This document shows positions 23,926 to 35,984 of a stretch of DNA of 64,000 nt, one piece after another. The stretch's first letter is position 1, and the number at the start of each line of letters is the position of its first letter. A program made the position numbers and the translations under genes. The notes under the pieces were generated by a model. The model made no database searches, was not told where the DNA came from, and saw only the letters and a list, made by a program, of their open reading frames with translations. Source of the stretch: Macrostomum lignano. Taxonomy: Eukaryota. Where the stretch lies: contig NIVC01001095.1 in assembly GCA_002269645.1 (NCBI GenBank), positions 124,001 through 188,000 on the forward strand. Reading direction: 5' to 3'.

Positions 23926-24487
23926 AGAGAGTGCTAACGAGATTGCTAAAAACTTTGATAAGCTACAAAATAAACCAGGCTCTAGCATACTGCCCGCATT
24001 TACACGGCAACGTAATTTACAGAGCCTCCTGGCTCCCAATAAATTTAAGTCTCAGCCAGGAAACCATTGAATCATTTTAACCAATGCGCTCATTTTACCC
24101 TATTGATGTACAATATTTATTCACGTTTCTTTTATTCAAACTACTTGATTGTACGCACAAATATCGATTTTTATGCTCCTACCTTCAATACCGGTGTTTC
24201 ATCTAATCGTATAGTACTTCAAAAAAAACAGTTTTTATATAATAAATATACTGTCGATTGAAATGAACGGTGGAAAGCCTCTGGGACAAGTCAGAGCTAG
24301 ACAAAGCAGAGTTTTAAATGTACATCCCTCATATGTACAACTATTCATCAATTTTATCAGACTAAGAAAAATAATACTTAAAAAGACCAACTTACATTGC
24401 ATTAAACACGGATTTTTGGCCTGACAAAGAGCCCAGAGGCTTGAAACCGGAAACCCATATTAAAATTTTTTTAAACACGCCGTAACC

Positions 24488-24880
24488 TCTCTTCTCTCTC
24501 TCTACATTTCTCATTCTCCATCTCTCACTCTCCATCTCCCTCTCTCACTCTCCTTCTCTCACTCTCCATCTCCATCTATCACACTTCATCTCTCAGTCTC
24601 TTTCTCTCACTCTCCTTCTCAATTTCTCACTACCTTCTCTCGCTCTCCATCTCTCACTCTCCTTCTCTCACTCCCCATCTCCATCTATCACTCTCTATCT
24701 CTCACTCTCCTTCTCTCACTCCCCATCTCCATCTATCACTCTCTATCTCTCACTCTCCTTCTGTCACTCTTCATCTCTCCCTCTCCTTCTCATTCTCCCA
24801 CCCACTCTCCATCTCTCACTGGCCCCTTCTCCCTCTCTCATTCTCATCCTCTCCCTCACCCTCTCCCTCTCACTATCCCT
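24488..24880. repeat. CT-rich degenerate simple repeat
   Basis: Same motif family as 23340-23925. Confidence 0.85.
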
Positions 24881-25544
24881 AAAAATTTAGCTACATTTTC
24901 AAATCCTACGCATTATTTGAAAATACGTAAATTTTTTTACAAAAACTTTCTGTTTAATAGCTCGTATCTGTTTAAATTCTGCTAAATTATTGGCTAACGT
25001 GTTGTCGCAAACCCTTGGGCAATGGCCCCCCAGGCAGATATAATGGCATTTCCCACAGGCCATTCAATTCATGTATGGCCTTCCCCATAAAAAACTCCCC
25101 ATATTCTAGGAGAGAGACAGAGAGAACGCAGATTGGCAAGTTGGCTTAAGCGGGCCCAGATCAAACTCGATATATGATGAAGGAGTTTGCCTCTGCTTGA
25201 TTAGAAAAATAATAGCAAAGATAGATTTCAGCAGCTCGGCTTGAAACCGCCTCCCTGTGTGTTTTCTCTGTCTGCCTCTCTCTCATCTTCTTTTCTCCCA
25301 GCTCCTCATCAGGTTCAGGTACTGCAACTTGGAGCTAATATCAAAGCTTTCTGACCCCGACTGTGTGTGTAAGCTGCTGCCGTCTGAACCGCAAACCGGA
25401 CTGACCAGCACCGGTGCTCCTATGAAAACAAAACCCGAATCCCCAAGGCACGAGCCGTTGACTGCCTTGTACCGTCTGCGAAACTAATCCTCTTCCTATA
25501 GTTTGAAATAAAACTGTATGAGGTCTTCCTGTCTACCTGTATTT

Positions 25545-26130
25545 AACCACTCTAATCTCACCTGTCTCTAACTATACTCCCAGCTCACGTGTCTCTAACT
25601 ATACTCCCAGCTCACCTGTCTCTAACTATACTCCCAGCTCACGTGTCTCTAACTATACTCCCATCTCACCTGTCTCTAACTATACTCCCATCTCACCTGT
25701 CTCTAACTATACTCCAATCTCACCTGTCTCTAACTATACTCCCATCTCACCTGTCTCTAACTATACTCCAATCTCACCTGTCTCTAACTATACTCCAATC
25801 TCACCTGTCTCTAACTATACTCCCATCTCACCTGTCTTTAACTATTATACTCCCAGCTCACGTGTCTCTAACTATACTCCAATCTCACCTGTCTTTAACT
25901 ATACTCCCATCTCACGTGTCTCTAACTATACTCCAATCTCACCTGTCTTTAACTATACTCCAATCTCACCTGTCTCTAACTATACTCCCAGCTCACGTGT
26001 ATCTAACTATACTCCCATCTCACCTGTCTTTAACTATACTCCCAGCTCACGTGTCTCTAACTATACTCCTATCTCACGTGTCTCTAACTATACTCCAATC
26101 TCACGTGTCCCTAACTACTCCCATCTCACA
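25545..26130. repeat. 27-bp minisatellite (CTAACTATACTCCCA[G/T]CTCAC[C/G]TGTCT)n
   Basis: About 21 copies; grades into the 22-bp array. Confidence 0.95.
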
Positions 26131-26169
26131 AGTCTTTAAAAATGCAATCTCAGCCGTCTTTTTAACGAC

Positions 26170-27640
26170 TCTAATCTCACCTGTCCTTAATTCTAATCTC
26201 ACATGTCCTTTATTCTAATCTCACCTGTCCTTAATTCTAATCTCACCTTTCCTTAATTCTAATCTCACCTGTCTTTAATTCTAATCTCACATGTCCTTAA
26301 TTTCTAATATCACCTGTCCTAATTCTAATCTCACATGTCCTTAATTCTAATCTCACCTTTCCTTAATTCTAATCTCACCTGTCCTTAATTCTAATCTCAC
26401 ATGTCCTTAATTCTAATCTCACCTGTCCTTAATTCTAATCTCACATGTCCTTAATTCTAATCTCACCTGTCCTAATTCTAATCTCACACGTCCTTAATTC
26501 TAATCTCACCTGTCCTTAATTCTAATCTCACATGTCCTTAATTCTAATCTCACCTGTCCTTAATTCTAATCTCACCTGTCCTTAATTATAATCTCACATG
26601 TCCTTAATTCTAATATCACCTGTCCTAATTATAATCTCACATGTCCTTAATTCTAATCTCACCTTTCCTTAATTCTAATCTCACCTGTCCTTAATTCTAA
26701 TCTCACATGTCCTTAATTCTAATCTCACCTGTCCTTAATTCTAATCTCACCTTTCCTTAATTCTAATCTCACCTGTCTTTAATTCTAATCTCACATGTCC
26801 TTAATTTCTAATATCACCTGTCCTAATTCTAATCTCACATGTCCTTAATTCTAATCTCACCTTTCCTTAATTCTAATCTCACCTGTCCTTAATTCTAATC
26901 TCACATGTCCTTAATTCTAATCTCACCTGTCCTTAATTCTAATCTCACATGTCCTTAATTCTAATCTCACCTGTCCTTAATTGTAATCTCACATGTCCTT
27001 AATTCTAATCTCACCTGTCCTTAATTCTAATCTCACATGTCCTTAATTCTAATCTCACCTGTCCTTAATTCTAATCTCACCTGTCCTTAATTATAATCTC
27101 ACATGTCCTTAATTCTAATATCACCTGTCCTATTTATAATCTCACATGTCCTTAATTCAAATCTCACCTTTCCTTAATTCTAATCTCACCTGTCCTTAAT
27201 TCTAATCTCACATGTCCTTAATTCTAATCTCACCTGTCCTTAATTGTAATCTCACATGTCCTTAATTCTAATCTCACCTGTCCTAATTCTAATCTCACAT
27301 GTCCTTAATTCTAATCTCACCTGTCCTTAATTCTAATCTCACATGTCCTTAATTCTAATCTCACTTGTCCTTAATTCTAATCTCACCTGTCCTTAATTCA
27401 AATCTCACATGTCCTTAATTCTAATCTCACCTGTCCTTAATTCTAATCTCACCTGTCCTTAATTCTAATCTCACATGTCCTTAATTCTAATCTCACCTGT
27501 CCTTAATTCTAATCTCACCTGTCCTTAATTCAAATCTCACATGTCCTTAATTCTAATCTCACCTGTCCTTAATTCTAATCTCACCTGTCCTTAATTCTAA
27601 TCTCACATGTCCTTAATTCTAATCTCACATGTCCTTAATT
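26170..27640. repeat. 22-bp minisatellite (TTAATTCTAATCTCAC[C/A]TGTCC)n
   Basis: About 66 copies, CACCTG and CACATG variants largely alternating. Confidence 0.97.
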
Positions 27641-28374
27641 CCGATCTTAACTACTAATTGTTATCAACCACTTCAATCTCCCCACTTATCCCATATGCCA
27701 CCCCAAACTTCCATTCCCTTCTTAAGCTCCAATTACACCCAGTTGCAACCTGTTAATCTGTCCACCTATCAGCAATAAGAAGAATATTCCTTCCTTCAAA
27801 AAGAGGCTTAGAAAAATTTGTCTCATCCCGCGGTGACGCAAGCACAGAACCCCACGCGAGCCTCTTGCACAGTGCATCGTAACGTTTAACAAAACCCCAT
27901 CGTTTCCTGGAACACTACTGGAACCTCTGGCGAATCGTTTAAGAGTGATTAGGCGCATGGCTTAGTGGCCCCAGAGAATGTAATCAGGCCTCACGGTACT
28001 TTGCTTATACACTCCTACAAAGCTCTAGAAAGCCATAATAAGCACAACTGCATACAGGACACAATGTCATCGATTTAACAGGCTGTGTATCATCTGTCTT
28101 GTCTTCCAGCAAATCGCCACAGAGAAACAGTTTACCAGCCTTTGTAAATATTTGGCCTAGAGGGCGAGGAAAACACATTGGCTACTGGCGAGTTTCAGTT
28201 GTGCTTTTTTGTGCTAATCGCTTTAGCAGGCGTATGCTGCTTTTAGCGCGGCAGGTTTCTGCCTCTGCAACTTTTTCTGCCCCTATTGATGAGACTTAGA
28301 AAATGGCATATTTTGGTTTGCCACTTTCAAAACGGCACAACCTGTAAACCGAGCGTTTAAAATCGCGAATCAAA

Positions 28375-28790
28375 ACAGCGCCACCGAAGCTACAAACGGC
28401 GCCATCAAAACTACAAATGGCGTTCCAAAAAAGCGCCATCAAAGCTTCAAACGGCGCCTCAAAAACAGCGCCACCAAAGCTACAAACGGCGCCTCAAAAA
28501 CAGCGCCACCAAAGCTACAAACGGCGCCACAAAAGCTACAAATGGCATTCCAAAAAAGCGCCATCAAAGCTACAAACGGCGCCTCAAAAACAGCGCCACC
28601 AAAGCTACAAACGGCGCCACAAAAGCTACAAATGGCATTCCAAAAAAGCGCCATCAAAGCTACAAACGGCGCCTCAAAAGCAGCGCCACCAAAGCTACAA
28701 ACGGCGCCGCAAAAGCTACAAATGGCATTCCAAAAAAGCGTCATCAAAGCTACAAACGGCGCCTCAAAAACAGCGCCACCAAAGCTCTGA
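28375..28790. repeat. ~90-bp higher-order repeat built from AAAGCTACAAACGGCGCC-like subunits
   Basis: ATGGCATTCC recurs at 28542, 28632 and 28722 (period 90). Confidence 0.9.
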
Positions 28791-30734
28791 ACACTGGCTC
28801 GAATTACAGACCTCACCCAGAGCACCTGCCTCAACAAGACACCTGGTGGGCCATCCCCAATCCCAATAAAAAACTTCCTGCAGCTCCCTTTCTCGTTGAG
28901 GCGTCTTAAAAGCATTCAGCCCTCCTATTCGTATTTATCTTCCATTCCCCCAGCTGGGTGTCAGCCCCCCCACTATTTTCTTCAAACGCCATAATATTGA
29001 CTAAGCGTGCGGCGCGACAGAAAGGCCGACAGAAGAATATTGGTTAGAGAAATCGCGCTACGACTTCCGCGAAGCGCTGTTCCTGACTTGAGCATATTGG
29101 GGTGGGTGCAATAAAGTGTGAAAGTTTTCCCAAACAGTTGCAACGCGCCTTGCCTTTCCCCCAATCCTACATACAGCCGGGGTGAAATAACAGCTCGCCA
29201 ATTTTGACTTTCTTCTCTTTTCTTTGTTGTTTCGGTGCCGGTTGAGTAAAGACTGAGATTCCTGCCCCTTTGCTACTCTGCACTCTCACTCTCACTATAT
29301 TCACAAATATTTAATCCTCAAACACATCATCTATTCTCACAGCTCTCTAACATAAGCCTTCGCTTACACACATAATTTTCCTTTTTACCCCCCAAATAGG
29401 CAATGGGTTCGTCTTAGCTGTAAAAATATTGCCATTTGGATTTTAATTTTTTAAAAGCTAACTTGTGTATAACAAATTTAATATGCGATATAAATTATAT
29501 AGAGAAGGCAGAAGACTTTAACAGAAAGCTATTTATTTAGCAAGTAATCAAACAAATCCAAGAGTTGCAAGTATAATTTAAACATTTGAATTGCTACTCA
29601 ATTTGTTTTATTAAAAAGCAATTTGGTGTACATTTGCATATAGTTGCAGCAGGATGTTTATTCGAATAACAAATAACAAATACGAATAAGCAAACTACAG
29701 TATTTTAGGCATGCTTGATATGGTGCATTTGGAGGTTTAGATACATTGTAACGCATAAAGCAATGTCAGAGACAGACAGACAGAACGTTAGATATTAAGT
29801 AATACTCGTATAGTGCATTGGACTAGCTAACAGTGGACTTTGGTGTATCATTCTTGTTTAAAACAAATAAAAAATCAAACAATAAATAATGCCGGTATCA
29901 AATTTTCCATAATTTGCAGCCATCTACTAGCTACACTTGTTAATTGTAGATACTCTTTTGAATTATTTATTCGCGTTGCTAAATATCATGTTCTCAAATT
30001 TATTTTATTATTACAAATTTCAAAAAATGGACCCTATACCTATACCGTCCTCTTTCCTAAAACAAAGTTTCTACCGGAAAAGGTGAAAAAATACCTTTTG
30101 TTAAATCCAAAACTCAATTCAAAGAGTTGAGTTGAAAACAGAATGATTATTATATTATTTTAGATACATTAATTATCAAATAGATTACCTCTACTACAAT
30201 TATATGTTAACTTTTAACTTTGCTTAATTAAACAAAAGTATTTTTAAATCATTTTAACTTTTATCGAGCGCACTTCATTTATACTCGTAGAATTACGCGT
30301 ACATGATGTACTTAAAAATTAAAACAAACTCACAGTATATCTACAGCAAAATCAGTGAAGGTGAATGATAGTATAAGCGCTTAAAAGAAAGGTCTGCTTT
30401 GTTTCAATTCCACTCATCGAAAATTATCAAAGAAAGTGGCTGCTGTACAAGTGGTTTCGGGTGAGATGTCTTACTGTAAATTTCGTAAAAAGTGCATCGG
30501 TTTACTATCGCTCCACTTAATAGAGTCGGTGACGAATATGACTAATATGGACTAAAATAAATTGATGCTAGTCAATCAGTTAAAGGGGGCGATGGAATGG
30601 TAACAAAAAACTGATTGATAATAAAACTTTCTAAGAATTATCTCGACTTTTTAATGGCTATACCCTGTTATATGAATTCAAATATGAATTCAAGTAATTG
30701 AATATCAAGATGAATACGAATATGGAAAGATAAC

Positions 30735-30740
30735 TTTATT
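30735..30740 (-). terminator. Candidate polyadenylation signal (AATAAA) for FoxD
   Basis: AATAAA on the - strand ~380 nt after the FoxD stop. The region is AT-rich, so a chance match is possible. Confidence 0.3.
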
Positions 30741-31121
30741 AGGATCCCTTATAGAACAGTGAGATGCTATAGATGATCTCATGATCAATCTCAATCTCAA
30801 GAGGATCCTAGCTATTGATATTAACTGGGGATGTAATATGAGTCTCGGGAGAGATTTGATAAGTCAGATCCCAATTAATCCCGAATATGAACATACATAG
30901 GCGAATATGAAGTTTTTAAACAGACAAACATATTAGACGCTAAATTTGTTTATCTACTTTACTGTAGTATGCGGCACAGGTCAATAAACGGAACAGACAT
31001 AGAGAGCATATAAATGAATAAATTTAATTTGCACAAATCGACATGACACACACAGATAACAAAAAAGAAGTTCACAAAAAAGTTGTGTCCAAGATTAATT
31101 ACCAGCGTGTCCACACGCAGT

Positions 31122-34100
31122 TCAACGAATCCAGGAAGGCAGAGGCAGCAGACCAGCAGTCTGCAGCATCAGCTTCTGGTAGACCGCAAAGTCGAACTGC
31201 GGCCCATCTTGCTGGTGCTGTTGCGGCAGTCGGATCAGAGGCGGGTAGGCGGCTGCGGCGGCGGCAACATCAGTCGTCCGCTGTTCGACCGATTTCCCCG
31301 CCGTTCCGTTGATCAAACTGTCTATGGTAAAGGTCTTGCTGGCAACAGATGAAGCTGCCGCGGCGGAGGTGGAGGAGGCTGCGGAGACGGCCAGGCTAGT
31401 TGACGAACTCGATGCGCAGCTCTTGGACGGCTGAGGCGGAAGCGGCGGCAGCGGCGGCAGCAAGCCGAAGGGTGGCGGCAGGTGAAACGGCATTGGAGGC
31501 GGCGGTGGCGGAGGCGGCGGCGGCAGGTGATGGTGCTGCAGATGCTGATGCTGATGCTGGTGATGGTGATGGTGCGGGCCAAATGGCGGCAGCTGCGGCG
31601 GCGGTCCCGGCAGAAAACCCGGCGGCGGGCTGAACAGATCGGGCACCATGGACTGTCGCTTGTAGCGCTTCCGCCTGCGCAGGAAACTGCCGTTGTCAAA
31701 CATGTCCTCCGACTGCGGGTCCAGCGTCCAGTAGTTGCCCTTGCCCGGGTTGCCCGGCTCGCGAGGGATTTTCACGAAGCAATCGTTTAGGGATAAATTG
31801 TGCCGGATGCTGTTCTGCCAGGCCGGGAATCTGTGGGGATGAGGAAGAGGTATCGGTTGTTTGTGTGCGCTGAGGGCGGGTCTTCATGTGCGCATGCGAG
31901 CATGGAAATTGGGGAGGATGTCGGAGTAGGAGAATGTTGGAGTGGGAGAATGTTGGAGTGGGAGAATGTTGGAGTGGGAGAATGTTGGAGTGGGAGAATG
32001 TTGGAATGGGAGAATGTTGGAATGGGAGAATGTTTGAGTAGGAGAATGTTGGAATGGGAGAATGTTGGAGTGGGAGAATGTTGGAGTGGGAGAATGTTGG
32101 AATGGGAGAATGTTGGAATGGGAGAATATTGGAGTGGGAGAATGTTGGAGTGGGAGAATGTTGGAGTGGGAGAATATTGGAGTGGGAGAATGTTGGAGTG
32201 GGAGAATGTTGGAATGGGAGAATGTTGGAATGGGAGAATGTTGGAATGGGAGAATGTTGGAATGGGAGAATGTTGGAGTGGGAGAATGTTGGATGGGAGA
32301 ATGTTGGAGTAGGAGAATGTCGGAGTAGGATAATGTTGGAATGGGAGAATGTTGGAGTGGGAGAATGTTGGAATGGGAGAATGTTGGAGTGGGAGAATGT
32401 TGGAGTGGGAGAATGTTGGAGTGGGAGAATGTTGGATGGGAGAATGTTGGAGTAGGAGAATGTCGGAGTAGGATAATGTTGGAATGGGAGAATGTTGGAG
32501 TGGGAGAATGTTGGAATGGGAGAATGTTGGAATGGGAGAATGTTGGAGTGGGAGAATGTTGGAGTAGGATAATGTCGGGTAGGAGAATGTTGGAATGGGA
32601 GAATGTTGGAATGGGAGAATGTTGGAATGAGAGAATGTTGGAATGGGAGAATGTTGGAGTGGGAGAATGTTGGAATGGGAGAATGTTGGAGTGGGAGAAT
32701 GTTGGAGTGGGAGAATGTTGGAGTGGGAGAATGTTGGAGTGGGAGAATGTTGGAATGGGAGAATGTTGGAGTGGGAGAATGTTGGAGTGGGAGAATGTTG
32801 GATGGGAGAATGTTGGAGTAGGAGAATGTCGGAGTAGGATAATGTTGGAATGGGAGAATGTTGGAGTGGGAGAATGTTGGAATGGGAGAATGTTGGAGTG
32901 GGAGAATGTTGGAGTGGGAGAATGTTGGATGGGAGAATGTTGGAGTAGGAGAATGTCGGAGTAGGATAATGTTGGAATGGGAGAATGTTGGAGTGGGAGA
33001 ATGTTGGAATGGGAGAATGTTGGAATGGGAGAATGTTGGAGTGGGAGAATGTTGGAGTAGGATAATGTCGGGTAGGAGAATGTTGGAATGGGAGAATGTT
33101 GGAATGGGAGAATGTTGGAATGAGAGAATGTTGGAATGGGAGAATGTTGGAGTGGGAGAATGTTGGAATGGGAGAATGTTGGAGTGGGAGAATGTTGGAG
33201 TGGGAGAATGTTGGAGTGGGAGAATGTTGGAGTGGGAGAATGTTGGAATGGGAGAATGTTTGAGTAGGAGAATGTTGGAGTGGGAGAATGTTGGAGTGGG
33301 AGAATGTTGGAGTGGGAGAATGTTGGAATGGGAGAATGTTGGAATGGGAGAATGTTGGAGTGGGAGAATGTTGGAGTGGGAGAATGTTGGAATGGGAGAA
33401 TGTTGGAATGGGAGAATGTTGGAGTGGGAGAATGTTGGAATGGGAGAATGTTGGAGTGGGAGAATGTTGGAATGGGAGAATGTTGGAATGGGAGAATGTT
33501 TGAGTAGGAGAATGTTGGAATGGGAGAATGTTTGAGTAGGAGAATGTTGGAGTGGGAGAATGTTGGAATGGGAGAATGTTGGAATGGGAGAATATTGGAG
33601 TGGGAGAATGTTGGAGTGGGAGAATGTTGGAGTGGGAGAATATTGGAGTGGGAGAATGTTGGAGTGGGAGAATGTTGGAATGGGAGAATGTTGGAATGGA
33701 GAATGTTGGAATGGGAGAATGTTGGAATGGGAGAATGTTGGAGTGGGAGAATGTTGGAGTGGGAGAATGTTGGATGGGAGAATGTTGGAGTAGGAGAATG
33801 TCGGAGTAGGATAATGTTGGAATGGGAGAATGTTGGAGTGGGAGAATGTTGGAATGGGAGAATGTTGGAATGGGAGAATGTTGGAGTGGGAGAATGTTGG
33901 AGTAGGATAATGTCGGGTAGGAGAATGTTGGAGTGGGAGAATGTTGGAATGGGAGAATGTTGGAGTGGGAGAATGTTGGAGTGGGAGAATGTTGGAGTGG
34001 GAGAATGTGAAAATTGCATGATTTGTAAAATGGGAAGAATGAATCAGGGGAAAGCTATATACAATAAAAGCATAAGCCTATAGTAGGCAGTGAGTGGCAC

Positions 34101-35607
34101 CCGTGAATACTTCTGCTTCTTTCGTGTTAAAGACAACAGAAATCAAACAAAATTACATCGGGAAAAAGCCGCTGGAAAACGGCAGAAAGGCCGTTTATTA
34201 AGAAAGAAAAAGGAAGGGGCGGAGAGAGGGACTCGAATGCCAGTCAGGATCCCCGCCCAGACCACCCACCGGTTCCGCAGACACCAGCAGCCAAATGATT
34301 ATATATTTTCTCCTTGTAAAAATAATAACAGGCAAGATCAGGTCTATACTAGCCGGGATCGGGATGTAGGGGGGGGGGGGCAGTCAGTGTTTAGCCTCCC
34401 GCAAAGTTGTGTATGGTTTTTTTACTCTTAGCAACAAATCAATTCACTATATATTTCGCCCCGCGAATCTTCATCTTGCTGCGATTTCGCATTTAAGCAT
34501 GGTTCAGGCGGTTTTTGACTGCTGTTGTTACACGGGTAGATTCGAGTTCGGGTTCACTGGTTGAACACACAGCCTCTCTGCTGTTCACTATAGTGGATAC
34601 TGTTTTCACAACACTATAGTGGCTTCTGCATAGGTGGTATAACAGCTTCACACTTCAATGCGCTGTGAAAATATCGGAAAAAGTTGACTGTGTTTTAAGA
34701 TTTCAAGGATTACACGGGCTTCGTTTCTATGGGATAATCTTAATTAGTAGTTGGATGTGAAAATCTTCTTTTGGCCGAGGCAAATAAAGAAAGGAAATGC
34801 AATAGTTATACTTCTACCCTAACCCGCCCCTCCTACAGCTCTCCCCCATTCATATCCGCCCTTCATCAGACGCCAACAGCGCAAAATCCGCCCCCCTTCT
34901 ACAGTCGCGAACAGCACAACATCCGCCCCTTCTACAGTCACCAACAGCACAACATCCGCCCCTTCTACAGTCACCAACAGCACAACATCCGCCCCCTTCT
35001 ACAGTCGCCAACAGCACAACATCCGCCCCCTTCTACAGTCGCCAGCAGCACAACATCCGCCCCCTTCTACAGTCGCGAACAGCACAACATCCGCCCCTTC
35101 TACAGTCGCCATCCACTCTCTTAAATCGCCCCAAAGTGGAGCTATTTGAGAACTCTCCAATAAGAGCAGAATATCGACTCACCTCTCTTTATAATACGGG
35201 AACCGATTCATAATGAACTCGCAGATGCCGCTAAGAGTCAGCTTCCTGGTTGCCGACTGCAGAATCGCCATGGTGATGAGGGCGATGTAGCTGTAGGGCG
35301 GTTTCACGTGGTGGCTTCGCTTCTTGCTGGCTGAGCCGCCGCCGCCGCCGTTTCCGGCCGTCGAAGCCGCCGCCGACGCCGCGACAACCTGTTCGTCGCT
35401 GTCATGCTCGGCACTCCTCCCAGCGGCCGCGTTGGAAACTCCAGGAAGATCGAGATCATCGTCGGTCTCTCGCTGACCAGCCCCGTAGTCAGCGTCGTCG
35501 TATTCAATGCAGTCGTCATCGAAGTCATCGTCAGTAGGCTCCATGTCCATCACGGCGGCGGAGGCGGTGGATGGCTGCTGACCGATGGCGGCGATTGGGG
35601 AGAACAT
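31122..35607 (-). CDS. FoxD: Forkhead box D transcription factor, 377 aa; exons 35607-35183 and 31830-31122
   Basis: Forkhead domain '[18 protein letters not shown]...[78 protein letters not shown]' has FoxD-diagnostic residues. Acidic N-terminus and eh1-like 'FTIDSLI'. Phase-2 intron with GTGAGT donor and CCCCACAG acceptor. Confidence 0.95.
31915..34008. repeat. 16-bp minisatellite (GGAGTGGGAGAATGTT)n in the FoxD intron
   Basis: About 130 copies; rare variants recur at ~0.5-kb spacing (32434/32927, 32291/32800). Confidence 0.97.
34850..35110. repeat. ~33-34-bp minisatellite (CCGCCCCCTTCTACAGTCGCCAACAGCACAACAT)n in the FoxD intron
   Basis: About 7 copies. Confidence 0.9.
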
Positions 35608-35984
35608 GGGAACTGAGGTGCCAATGGAAGGTTGTGTCTCTCTCTCGAGATGGAAATCTGCTCCGGTATTTTTGGGAGGGATTTGGAATTATGAAAATTT
35701 TCCCAATAAGGGGAAAACTGACGCGCGACTTGGGGTGGTGTAGGGGGATGGCGGGGAGCTCTGGGATTGGATCCCCTACTGGGGTGGCGGTCGCGTCCGC
35801 CCATTGGAGCTGCGGGAAGTTTTCTGTTGCTGGGATATTCTACGGGAGAGTGAGTGAAGTTCGTACGGCGATTTTAGGGGATTGTGGATAGGCAGAAAAA
35901 ATGGAAAATATTTATTCAAATTAGGGGACCGCACGATTTTTTGACAAGTTTGAACAGGAGAAATCATCAGTGCTGACTTTAAGC

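Noticed and set aside
31884-34083. 711-aa - strand ORF and many + strand '[14 protein letters not shown]' ORFs
   Set aside because: Translations of the 16-bp array inside the FoxD intron.
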